64,000 nt of DNA from an uncultured Gemmatimonadales bacterium (GCA_963798915.1 CAWCVB010000001.1:32001-96000); one strand, 5' to 3'; positions 50,087 to 57,908 are shown, numbered from the stretch's first letter. Translations and numbers: made by a program. Notes: generated by a model not told the origin, from the letters alone.

Positions 50087-50644
50087 CTACTTCGCCCGCT
50101 CCAGATACTGCCCTGAACGCGGGTCCACCTTGACCCGGGCGCCTTCCTCGAGGAATTCGGGTACCGTGACGGTCACCCCGTTGCTCAGCTTGGCGGGCTT
50201 GCCGCTGGACGACTTGGTTGCGCCCCGCATGGCGGGAGCCGTTTCCATGATTTCCAGCTCGATTACCGCCGGCAGGCTGATGCCGATGGGCTTCCCCTCC
50301 AGCCACTCGGCCTGGAACACCATCTCGGGCTCCATCCAGGCAGCGGCCTCACCCACAATGTCGTTGTCGAGCGTGTACTGGTCGTAGGTGGAGGCATCCA
50401 TGACGTGCACGCCGTTCGCATCCCGGTAGAGCACCTGGAGTTCCTTGGTGTCGAGCCGGGCCGTCTCCACGTTTTCAGTGGACGAGAACCGTGTGTCGAA
50501 GGTGTTGCCGGACACCAGATTACGCAGACGGACCTGGACGAACGCGCGCAGGTTGCCGGGCGTACGATGCTGAAAATCCATCACACGGCAAGGCGCGCCG
50601 TCCACGATGACGACGTGGCCCTTGCGAATTTCAGATGCCTTCAT
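50087..50644 (-). CDS. efp: Translation elongation factor P
   Basis: KASEIRKG, HRTPGNLRAFVQ loop, MDASTYDQ, KPAKLSNG..VTVPEF, VDPRSGQYLERA. Confidence 0.93.
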   Translation of the reverse strand: MKASEIRKGHVVIVDGAPCRVMDFQHRTPGNLRAFVQVRLRNLVSGNTFDTRFSSTENVETARLDTKELQVLYRDANGVHVMDASTYDQYTLDNDIVGEAAAWMEPEMVFQAEWLEGKPIGISLPAVIELEIMETAPAMRGATKSSSGKPAKLSNGVTVTVPEFLEEGARVKVDPRSGQYLERAK

Positions 50645-50689
50645 GTGGGCGGAGCTCCGATGCGAGAACGTGAGACGGGGCGGAAGATA

Positions 50690-50723
50690 AGACGGGAAGA
50701 CGGGAAGACGGGAAGGCGGGAAG
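50690..50723 (+). repeat. Octamer array (AGACGGGA)n
   Basis: Read directly; related array at 60219-60246. Confidence 0.75.
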
Positions 50724-50787
50724 CCCGCTGTCGATATAACTTCCCTTCCTCCTGTCCTCCCGTCATCCCGACTTTCGCGGAGCGAAC

Positions 50788-51039
50788 ATGTCCGACCCGT
50801 CCATGCGTACCGAAGAACACAAGGTCTCTGGCGAAGGCCTGGTCGCCAAGGTCAAGGAACTGATCCGGGAAGGAAACGTGCGCCGGGTGCGGGTCAAGAA
50901 CGACGAGGGGCGGACGCTGCTCGAGTTTCCGCTTACCATCGGCGTGGTGGGTGTGGCGCTGATGCCGGTCTGGGTGGCCCTCGGCGCCATCGCGGCGCTC
51001 GCCGCGGACTACACGGTGGAGATCGAACGCCGGTCGTAG
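50788..51039 (+). CDS. DUF4342 family small protein
   Basis: LVAKVKELIREGNVRRVRVK...LLEFPLTIG...LGAIAAL. Confidence 0.85.
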   Translation: MSDPSMRTEEHKVSGEGLVAKVKELIREGNVRRVRVKNDEGRTLLEFPLTIGVVGVALMPVWVALGAIAALAADYTVEIERRS

Positions 51040-51066
51040 GGGCGCACGACTGTACGCCCCTACGAC
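51033..51066. repeat. GTAG-type REP-like hairpin between convergent genes
   Basis: GTCGTAGGGGCG...CGCCCCTACGAC 12-bp arms; includes the TAG stop. Confidence 0.8.
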
Positions 51067-51072
51067 GGCCGC

Positions 51073-51822
51073 TCACCTCACCTTTCGCAACAGCCTCAGA
51101 ATCTCGGTATACAGCCAGATCAGCGTCACGACCAGCGCAAATGCTGCGTACCACTCGATGATTTCGGGCGCGTGGCCCACGTTGTTCTCGATAAAATCGA
51201 AGTCCAGCAGCAGGTTGAATGCGGCCAGCGCGGTCACGAACACGCTGAACCCGATCCCGATGACGCCGCCCTCGGTGAGCATCGGGATGCTCACGCCGAA
51301 CAGCGCGCCGGCAAAGGCAAGAATGTAGAACAGGAAGATGGCCAGCGTGCAGGACACCACGATGGTCTTGAGCCGCTCGGTGACCTTGATGGCGCCAGTG
51401 CGGTAGGCAATGAACATCACGGCCAGGGTCGCCACCGTGAGCACGGCCGCTGTCATTGGCAGCCCGTGATACCTGGGATTCTGCGAGATCAGCAGCGTGA
51501 GCATGCCGAGCACCAGTCCCTGGACGCCCGCGTAGATGGGCGCCGTTGCCCGCGCCATTTCGGGGTGCCGGGCGGTGTAGAGGAGCAGTCCCACGCCCAC
51601 GACAAACCCCACAATGAACAGGCCGTACATCGCTTCCTGGCTCAGGCCGATGCCCGGCATGCCCTGCCAGACGTACAGCATCCCAGCCGACATGATTGCC
51701 AGCAGAATGAATGTCTTGCGCATCGTGCCGCCTACTGTCATGACGGCGCCGTCTTCGGCGGCAACGACGTTGCTGAAGTCGGCCCGGCGAAGGGCAGGAT
51801 TCCGGGTGGCGCGAGCGGCCAT
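51073..51822 (-). CDS. Bax inhibitor-1/YccA-like membrane protein
   Basis: NPAL, MTVGGT..KT, APIYA..QG, AYRTGAIKVT, LAAFNLLLDFDFIE, LVVTLIWLYTEILRLL. Confidence 0.88.
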   Translation of the reverse strand: MAARATRNPALRRADFSNVVAAEDGAVMTVGGTMRKTFILLAIMSAGMLYVWQGMPGIGLSQEAMYGLFIVGFVVGVGLLLYTARHPEMARATAPIYAGVQGLVLGMLTLLISQNPRYHGLPMTAAVLTVATLAVMFIAYRTGAIKVTERLKTIVVSCTLAIFLFYILAFAGALFGVSIPMLTEGGVIGIGFSVFVTALAAFNLLLDFDFIENNVGHAPEIIEWYAAFALVVTLIWLYTEILRLLRKVR

Positions 51823-51916
51823 GCAAAAGCTCCGGTCTATGCGTTGGAACGGGGACGAACTGGTCGTCCTGACGGGCGTGAGAACGAGGTAACATCGTGC
51901 ACCCTGTGCCTTTCGT

Positions 51917-51945
51917 CCAGACTGCATCACGTTGCACGACGTTCC
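51917..51945 (-). promoter_or_regulatory. Possible ECF-type promoter for the YccA-like gene
   Basis: Minus strand GGAACGT-N16-GTCTGG resembles sigmaE-type GAACTT-N16/17-TCTGA; weak match. Confidence 0.25.
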
Positions 51946-52176
51946 AGCGCGCACGATGTCTTGAAGATCGCGAGAGCTGGCCGACAGCAGGGCCTCGCAG
52001 TGGGCTTGCCATGATCCCTCGACACATGCTGCAAGACCCGATTTTACAAGGACTTATGCAGGTACATGATGACCGGCGCCGACCCACGGCGGACAGGCAC
52101 GAAAATCGCCCGTCAGCGGGTGAATCCACCCCTCAGGCGGTTCGTCAGAGCCATCACGCAGCAACCGGGTCTTGCC

Positions 52177-53625
52177 ATGTACCGTATCGAGCTTCGCGCC
52201 GGCGAGGAAGCCAGCTACAACACCTTCGATGAGTTCGCCAGCGCGGTCAGAAGTGGCGTGATCGGTGCCAACGCCAAAGTCTGGCACGGTGCGTCCTCCA
52301 AGTGGCTGCCGGTCACGGTCCATCCCCATTACAAGCGGGCCCATGCGGCGCCCGCTCCGACTGCTCCGGCCCCGACTCCGGTGACAACGCCAGCCGTGGA
52401 AACACCCAGGCCGGCAGCCAGCGCACCTCACGCCCGATTCGCGCCGCCAGCGCCCGTTGCAACTGCACCCTCGGGTGACCTCGAATTCCTGGAAGTGCCC
52501 GATCTGCTTCCGCGCGCACCCCGTGCGGTGGCCGGTTCGCTCTTTGGTCCTCAGCCCGCCACGCCGCGTCACATCGAGGCACTGGTGGCAGCCGCTGACC
52601 TGGTGCCCGCACCGGAGCTGGCAGCACAGCAAGAGGACGAGATCCTCATCGACATCAGCCGGCCCCGGCTGCTCCGACTCAATTGGAACTTCAATTGGCG
52701 CATCAACTGGCGCATCAACTGGCGCGTGGCCGGCATGGCAGCGGGCATTCTGGCCGTAGCCGGGATCAGCGCCATTGTGCTCACCCGCACACCCAAGCCC
52801 GACACCGTGGAGGCATCGGACTCCACGTCGATGGCCTCGACTTCGCTCGCCGCCACGCCGAGCAGCAGTTTTGAAGTGTCGGCACCGGCGGTGGTGCCGA
52901 ACGTGGGCAGTGGTGCCAGCACAGCAGCGGATGAACCCACTGCATACATGGACATGCCGGTCATTCCCGAGGGGCCGGCCACGACCGCAACGGACACCAC
53001 CAGAGTGCTGCCTGCCGCGCCGCGACTGGGTGCACTGAAAGCCGGTCCGGTGACCGCGACCGGTTCATCGCCTGCTGCACTGGGCGCGCGGTACAGCGCA
53101 GCCCACGATGCAGCCGAAGCCGCCCTCGAGAACCGGCTGCGCGGAAGCGGCATCGCCGCACTGTTCAGCGACGCCCGCCTGGCCTCGGGCAGCGTCAGCG
53201 ACAGCCGCCTTGCCGTCTCCGGCATCGCCAATTACATCCGCACCTTCCGGATGCAGGATGCCGCCATCGAGAGCGCCTACCGGGACAGCGCGGCGCAGCT
53301 GGATGCCAAATGGAATGATGCCGACGCTGCCGCGTGGGCGGCGCTCATGACCCGCGGCGAAAGCAGCCAGGCCGCCCGGGCAACCGACCAGCTGCTCTCC
53401 GATGTGTCGTCGCTGCTCGGCGTGCTGGAGGAACAGGCCGGTGCCTACGCGCTCGCGGGCGGGAAGGTCACCTTCCGCGATGCCGGCGCAACGCTCCGCT
53501 ACAGCAACCTGCGTCGCCGGGTGGCCGACCGGCTGGCGGCGGGAGACTCGGCATCGCCGGTCGCCGCAGCGCTGCGCAGGGTAATCGGATCCGGGCTTCC
53601 GCCAGTCGAGACCTTCTCGGAGTAG
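52177..53625 (+). CDS. Bitopic membrane protein: GYF_2-like N-domain, Pro/Ala-rich linker, TM, helical C-domain (paralog 2)
   Basis: DEFASAVRSGVI...VWH....WLPV pattern; TM VAGMAAGILAVAGISAIVL; similar to 42143-43444. Confidence 0.75.
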   Translation: MYRIELRAGEEASYNTFDEFASAVRSGVIGANAKVWHGASSKWLPVTVHPHYKRAHAAPAPTAPAPTPVTTPAVETPRPAASAPHARFAPPAPVATAPSGDLEFLEVPDLLPRAPRAVAGSLFGPQPATPRHIEALVAAADLVPAPELAAQQEDEILIDISRPRLLRLNWNFNWRINWRINWRVAGMAAGILAVAGISAIVLTRTPKPDTVEASDSTSMASTSLAATPSSSFEVSAPAVVPNVGSGASTAADEPTAYMDMPVIPEGPATTATDTTRVLPAAPRLGALKAGPVTATGSSPAALGARYSAAHDAAEAALENRLRGSGIAALFSDARLASGSVSDSRLAVSGIANYIRTFRMQDAAIESAYRDSAAQLDAKWNDADAAAWAALMTRGESSQAARATDQLLSDVSSLLGVLEEQAGAYALAGGKVTFRDAGATLRYSNLRRRVADRLAAGDSASPVAAALRRVIGSGLPPVETFSE

Positions 53626-53637
53626 CCGAACGGACTC

Positions 53638-53762
53638 TTGCGCAAACGCGTCATCCTTCCTACGGTATAACTACCTAACTCTTTCATTGTCAACGACTTG
53701 TGTTGACAACTCGGTGGAAAACCAGCCCCCGCCCGTGGAAAAGGCGGGGAGCTGGTGGATAA
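53638..53762 (+). promoter_or_regulatory. Sigma70-like promoter, IHF-like site and four co-oriented DnaA-box-like 9-mers
   Basis: TTGCGC-N17-TACGGT (53638-53666); TGTCAACGACTTG (53688-53700); boxes at 53701, 53713, 53734 and 53754 with 2, 2, 2 and 1 mismatches to TGTGGATAA. Confidence 0.45.
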
Positions 53763-53816
53763 CCGGGCTTTCTTCGTCACTGCGCGGGGACGATGCCGGG
53801 ACGCAGAACCGAACCG

Positions 53817-54659
53817 ATGCGCGACCACCTGGCGCTGGCCGCTCCACCGCCCTCCTGGATCGAACCGATGCAGGCGGTGGCTGGCGATCCGCCAGCCAGT
53901 TCAGGTGCCTGGCTCTGGGAGCCGCGCGTGAAGGGACTGCGATGCCTGGCGTTCGTCCTCGACGGGCAGGCGCAACTCCGATCAGCCAGCGGCACGCTGC
54001 TCAACTCCATGCTGCCCGCCCTGTCAGTGCTTCTTCCGGCCTTGGTGCGGGGGAATGCGGTCCTCGACGGCGTCTTCGCGAGGGGAGTGCTTCACCTGTT
54101 CGACTGCCTGCATTACGAGGGAGTGTCGCTTGAGCCACTCCCCCTGACGGACCGGAGAGCAGTGCTGCGGGATGCGGTCTGGTTTGACGATGCCGTGCGC
54201 TGCGTTCCCGTCTGCCGCTCTCCGGGCGGCGCAAGCGCACAAGGACACCAGAGCGCGGGCCTGGTCGCCAAGCGCGCCGACAGCAGGTACCTGAGCGGCC
54301 CATCGCGCGACTGGCTCGATGTCGCAAACGCGCAAGCCAGCACCTTCCTCATCGGCGGCTACGTCCATCAGTCATCGAGCGATGTCCCAGAAGCACTGCT
54401 GATCGGTGTGAACCAGGGCGGCCGGTTGACGTATGCGGGCCGCGTGGCCCGCGCGTGCGAACCGGGAGCATTCGATCAAGTCGGTGGCCTGCTGCGGAGA
54501 CTCCGGCGGAGAACCACGCCATTTGACAGTGCGGTGCCGCAGGGTGAGAACATCCAGTGGACCGCGCCCGCGCTGGTCGCGCAGATCGGCTTTGCCGACT
54601 GGACCCGCGGTGGCCTTCTGCGGCAGCCGCGATTTATTGGGCTGAAGGCTGAAGGTTGA
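53817..54659 (+). CDS. LigD-type ATP-dependent DNA ligase homolog with degenerate catalytic motifs
   Basis: WIEPM, W..EP...G.R, VLDG, LFDCL, PLTDRR..L, LVAKRADSRY..G.SRDWL, OB domain YAGRV...WT.GGLLRQPRF. Confidence 0.8.
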   Translation: MRDHLALAAPPPSWIEPMQAVAGDPPASSGAWLWEPRVKGLRCLAFVLDGQAQLRSASGTLLNSMLPALSVLLPALVRGNAVLDGVFARGVLHLFDCLHYEGVSLEPLPLTDRRAVLRDAVWFDDAVRCVPVCRSPGGASAQGHQSAGLVAKRADSRYLSGPSRDWLDVANAQASTFLIGGYVHQSSSDVPEALLIGVNQGGRLTYAGRVARACEPGAFDQVGGLLRRLRRRTTPFDSAVPQGENIQWTAPALVAQIGFADWTRGGLLRQPRFIGLKAEG

Positions 54660-54674
54660 GGGCTGCAGGCTGAG
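54641..54674 (+). repeat. (GGCTGAA)-type degenerate heptamer array containing the ligase-homolog stop codon
   Basis: Read directly. Confidence 0.75.
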
Positions 54675-54679
54675 TGCCG

Positions 54680-54720
54680 GAAAAGGGAGGAAGAACGGGC
54701 GCCTGGAGCGCCCGTTCCCG
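54680..54720 (-). terminator. Probable intrinsic terminator hairpin
   Basis: GAACGGGCGC-loop-GCGCCCGTTC stem followed on the minus strand by TTCCTCCCTTTT; lies between convergent genes. Confidence 0.55.
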
Positions 54721-54900
54721 CGAGATATGTAGAAAAGATGGGATGTATTGAGGGACTATCATGACAAGCAGCAAATCGAGCTGGCATCCGGCCGCCTGAC
54801 GGGGGGTCAGTGGCATTCTCGGATCTCTCGCGCGTCACGCCCGCTCACCGCCTGCCAAGGTCCAAGATATCCTGCGCCTGACCAGCATCTGTGCGATGGA

Positions 54901-55983
54901 TCACACTCTCCGAAGTATCGCGCTCATCACATCCAGCAGCTGGTCCAGATGCGCCAGGGTGAGGTCCCCCATGTGGCCGATCCGGACATGCCCTTGCCTC
55001 AGCGGAGGCAGGCCCGCTGCGATCCGGAAGCCCTCATTCGCCACCGAGGCGATAAACCACTCGGCATCCAGGCGGTCATCCAGGCGGAGCACGGATACGG
55101 TGGGAGACCGGCAGCCGTCCGGCGCCAGCAGCGTGACCCGCTCCTCGCCAGCGCTCCATTCCGCCACCCGGTCCGCCATCTCCTGGTGCCGTGCAAAGCG
55201 CGGCTCCAGCCCGCCCTCCTTCTCAATGCGCCGCAACTGTTCGGCCAGGGCATAGAGCTGCGGCAACGCCGGCGTCTGAGTCGGGAAGTGCTCGCGGGTG
55301 GCCCGCTCGAGCCGTTCGAAATCGCCATACCAGCCGCGATACGAGAAGTGGCGCGCTCGTGCCATGAGGCGGGGCGACGCGACGCCCAAGGCAAGTCCCG
55401 GCGGGAGGCCCAGAGCCTTCTGGCTGGCGGTGAAGACAAAATCGAGATGATGCAGGTCTGACGAGAGCGGAACGGCACCGACGGACGAAACGGCATCGAC
55501 CAGTGTCACGACATCGGCACGGGCACGGACAACCGCCGAGAGCTCGGCGAGCGGCGCGAGGACCCCGGTGGAGGTCTCCGAGTGCACGATGGAGACGGCA
55601 TCGATCGGTGGGCCCTGCAGGAAACGCTCGAGATGTTCCGGTGTGAGCGTGCCGCCGGGCGGGACGATGGCGCGCACCACATGACGACCGCAGGACTCAG
55701 CGACCCGCGCGAAACGCTCACCAAAGAAGCCGCCGACCACGGCGAGCATCCGCTCGCGCACACCATTCCGCACCGCCGCTTCCATGAAGCCGGTGCCGGA
55801 GCAGGTCCCGATCAGGACCGGCCTGACCGAGCCGAAGAGACGCCGCAGCGGCGCCTCCATTTCCTCCAGCAGTGCGCCCATGCCAGGCCAGCCGATGGTA
55901 GGGCCAAGCATGGCGTGGCGAAGGTCGGGGTGCACATCGACTGGGCCGGGCAGGAAGCTGCGGCCGAACGGCATGGAACTCAT
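54901..55983 (-). CDS. Class V PLP aminotransferase (alanine-glyoxylate/serine-pyruvate type)
   Basis: FLPGPV, SGTGFMEA, VHSETSTG, VDAVSS, ASQKALGLPPG, RIGHMG; ATGA overlap with pncA. Confidence 0.9.
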   Translation of the reverse strand: MSSMPFGRSFLPGPVDVHPDLRHAMLGPTIGWPGMGALLEEMEAPLRRLFGSVRPVLIGTCSGTGFMEAAVRNGVRERMLAVVGGFFGERFARVAESCGRHVVRAIVPPGGTLTPEHLERFLQGPPIDAVSIVHSETSTGVLAPLAELSAVVRARADVVTLVDAVSSVGAVPLSSDLHHLDFVFTASQKALGLPPGLALGVASPRLMARARHFSYRGWYGDFERLERATREHFPTQTPALPQLYALAEQLRRIEKEGGLEPRFARHQEMADRVAEWSAGEERVTLLAPDGCRSPTVSVLRLDDRLDAEWFIASVANEGFRIAAGLPPLRQGHVRIGHMGDLTLAHLDQLLDVMSAILRRV

Positions 55984-56627
55984 TCGATGATCGAACCCGC
56001 CAGCACGTCCTCGACCCTGATCATCCGCACGCCGCGTTCCTTCCATTCCTCGAGCAGGGGAGCCACCGCGTCGGGGTCAATGGCCCTGGCGGCGTCCGTC
56101 ACGAACCAGATGCTGGCCTCCGGCTGGTGCTGCAGGAGTCCCTCGATGGCGTAACGGTCACACACATCGAGGGCCACGCCGTAGAGCACGATCTGGACCG
56201 GCTGCAGCGTGTCCAGCAGGACTCCGATGTTCGCATTGGTGAATACGTCGAACCAGTGCTTGAGCAGGAGAAAGTCGCCATCGTGCGCCGCCACCCGGGC
56301 GGCGAAACTCGCCGGCTCTTCCGGCTCCGGCGGGATGATGAGCGGGTTACGAAGCGTCGTCTCCGGGATCTTGGCCTGCCCGGGCGTGCCGTGCATGCAG
56401 TGCAGCGGAAAGGTGGTCCGAAAATCGGGCTCGGCACTCAGCTCCCGATGGCCGGGCTCGTGATCGTCGGCGCTGGCAACGATGGGAATCCGGGCCTGAT
56501 GGGCATGATCGGTGAGCTGCTTGAGCTGCGGGATGATGCTCTCGCTGTCCGGCACATAGAGGCTGCCGTCCTGCCGCATGAAATCGTACTGGGTATCGAC
56601 GTCCCAGAAAAGGAGCTCAGTAGACAT
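55980..56627 (-). CDS. pncA: Nicotinamidase (isochorismatase family)
   Basis: DVDTQYDF...GSLYV, DDH, FPLHC..GT.G, K..FDVF, YGVALDVC; adjacent to pncB. Confidence 0.85.
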   Translation of the reverse strand: MSTELLFWDVDTQYDFMRQDGSLYVPDSESIIPQLKQLTDHAHQARIPIVASADDHEPGHRELSAEPDFRTTFPLHCMHGTPGQAKIPETTLRNPLIIPPEPEEPASFAARVAAHDGDFLLLKHWFDVFTNANIGVLLDTLQPVQIVLYGVALDVCDRYAIEGLLQHQPEASIWFVTDAARAIDPDAVAPLLEEWKERGVRMIRVEDVLAGSIIE

Positions 56628-56636
56628 GAATGGAAG

Positions 56637-57704
56637 TTACAGCACTCGCTCCAGCCTCGGGTTGGGGAGGTACTCCCGTCCCACCTTGGCACAGGGTTCG
56701 CCGTTGACGAGCACGACGTCAGCGGTAAAGTCGAATCTCCCCTGAAAGAGCGAAGAACCGACGCCGTAGGCATCCACCGGCACCCGGGCCGATTCGAACT
56801 GCTGGATCTTCTCGACTGTAAAGCCGCCCGACACGACGATCCGCACGCCGCTGAAGCCGGCGGTATTCAGCGCGGCCCGCACGTTGTGTACCAGCTGCGG
56901 CGTCACGCCGGTGGGCTTGAAATGCCCCATCTGTGGCAGCACCGAGCGGTCCACCAGCATTTCGCTGGTGTCGAGCCGGACGCCGTAGAGTCGCTCGCCC
57001 AGCTCGCGGGCCACCGCCAGCGAGGTCGCCACGCAATCATTGTCGAAGTCCACCAGCGTGATCAATCGCACGTCGGGGTCGCTGTAGTCGGCAAACTTGC
57101 GGGTGGCTCGCACGGTGTCACCACCGTAGGCGGCGATGAGCGCGTGAGGCACGGTGCCGATGCCGCTGCTGCCCCACCACGACGCCTGGGCATCGGTGGA
57201 AACGCCGATGGCGCCGGCAATGTGGGCCGCATAACCATCGCCGGTCTGCACCAGCCAGTGGTCGTGGCGCGCCGGGAAGAACATCACTTCCTTGGGCGCA
57301 GCGGCCTCGACCACGCGGCGAGTGTTGCTGCCGACCCGGGTGCGCCGCGCCAGCACGCCCAGATACAGGGTCTCCAGGTGAGCAAAGGCGTCGTAGGGTC
57401 CTTCGATGAGGAGGATCGTCTCCCAGGGCACGATCTCGTCGCCATCGTAGAGCGCGTGCACGGTGAGCGCATCCCAGTCGGTGGAACAGAGCTTCAGGAT
57501 GGCAATGGCTTCGTCGATGCCGCCGAGAAAGGCGTGCTGCTTGCCGAACACCTGCATGGTGACGTGGGGGTGATACGTGTCCGCCAGCAAGATCTCGCGC
57601 GCCCGCACGAAGTATTTGTCCGAGTAGTACCCGTCCCGCATCTTGTCCACGGGCAGGTTGAAGATCTCGGGATCGAGCCGAGGACGACGTGGCATGTGGG
57701 CCAT
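56637..57704 (-). CDS. pncB: Nicotinate phosphoribosyltransferase (short type)
   Basis: YSDKYF, LET..LG.L, FPARH, GTVPHALI, LVDFDND, GVRLDT, VSGGF, YGVGS, KVGR. Confidence 0.8.
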   Translation of the reverse strand: MAHMPRRPRLDPEIFNLPVDKMRDGYYSDKYFVRAREILLADTYHPHVTMQVFGKQHAFLGGIDEAIAILKLCSTDWDALTVHALYDGDEIVPWETILLIEGPYDAFAHLETLYLGVLARRTRVGSNTRRVVEAAAPKEVMFFPARHDHWLVQTGDGYAAHIAGAIGVSTDAQASWWGSSGIGTVPHALIAAYGGDTVRATRKFADYSDPDVRLITLVDFDNDCVATSLAVARELGERLYGVRLDTSEMLVDRSVLPQMGHFKPTGVTPQLVHNVRAALNTAGFSGVRIVVSGGFTVEKIQQFESARVPVDAYGVGSSLFQGRFDFTADVVLVNGEPCAKVGREYLPNPRLERVL

Positions 57705-57770
57705 GGGTCGCGAGTCATGGGTCGTGAGCTGGAGTGCTCCAATCTAAGGGGAGGCGAACAGACGGACAGT

Positions 57771-57798
57771 GGTCGACGGTCGACGGTCGACGGTCGAC
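57771..57798 (+). repeat. (GGTCGAC)x4 heptamer array
   Basis: Read directly. Confidence 0.9.
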
Positions 57799-57851
57799 GA
57801 TTCAATGCAGGGACACGGCATGCTGCCCCCTCCCTTTTGTCATCCCGAACA

Positions 57852-57908
57852 CTCAGGCAGTGTCGCCGCAGGCGACATGAGCCGAGCAGGGGCTCTCAGC
57901 CCCGTGAG
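57852..57908 (+). repeat. 57-bp two-hairpin element, copy B
   Basis: 52/57 identical to the reverse complement of 41857-41913. Confidence 0.85.

Noticed and set aside
53638..53762. Chromosomal origin oriC
   Set aside because: No dnaA, dnaN or gidA nearby, no perfect box and only a short AT-rich stretch; reported as a weaker DnaA-box-like cluster.
57852..57908. Glycine riboswitch (CTCTCAG word; the other copy lies upstream of serine genes)
   Set aside because: Lacks the GGAGA and CCGAAG core elements and the aptamer architecture; kept only as an unknown structured element.
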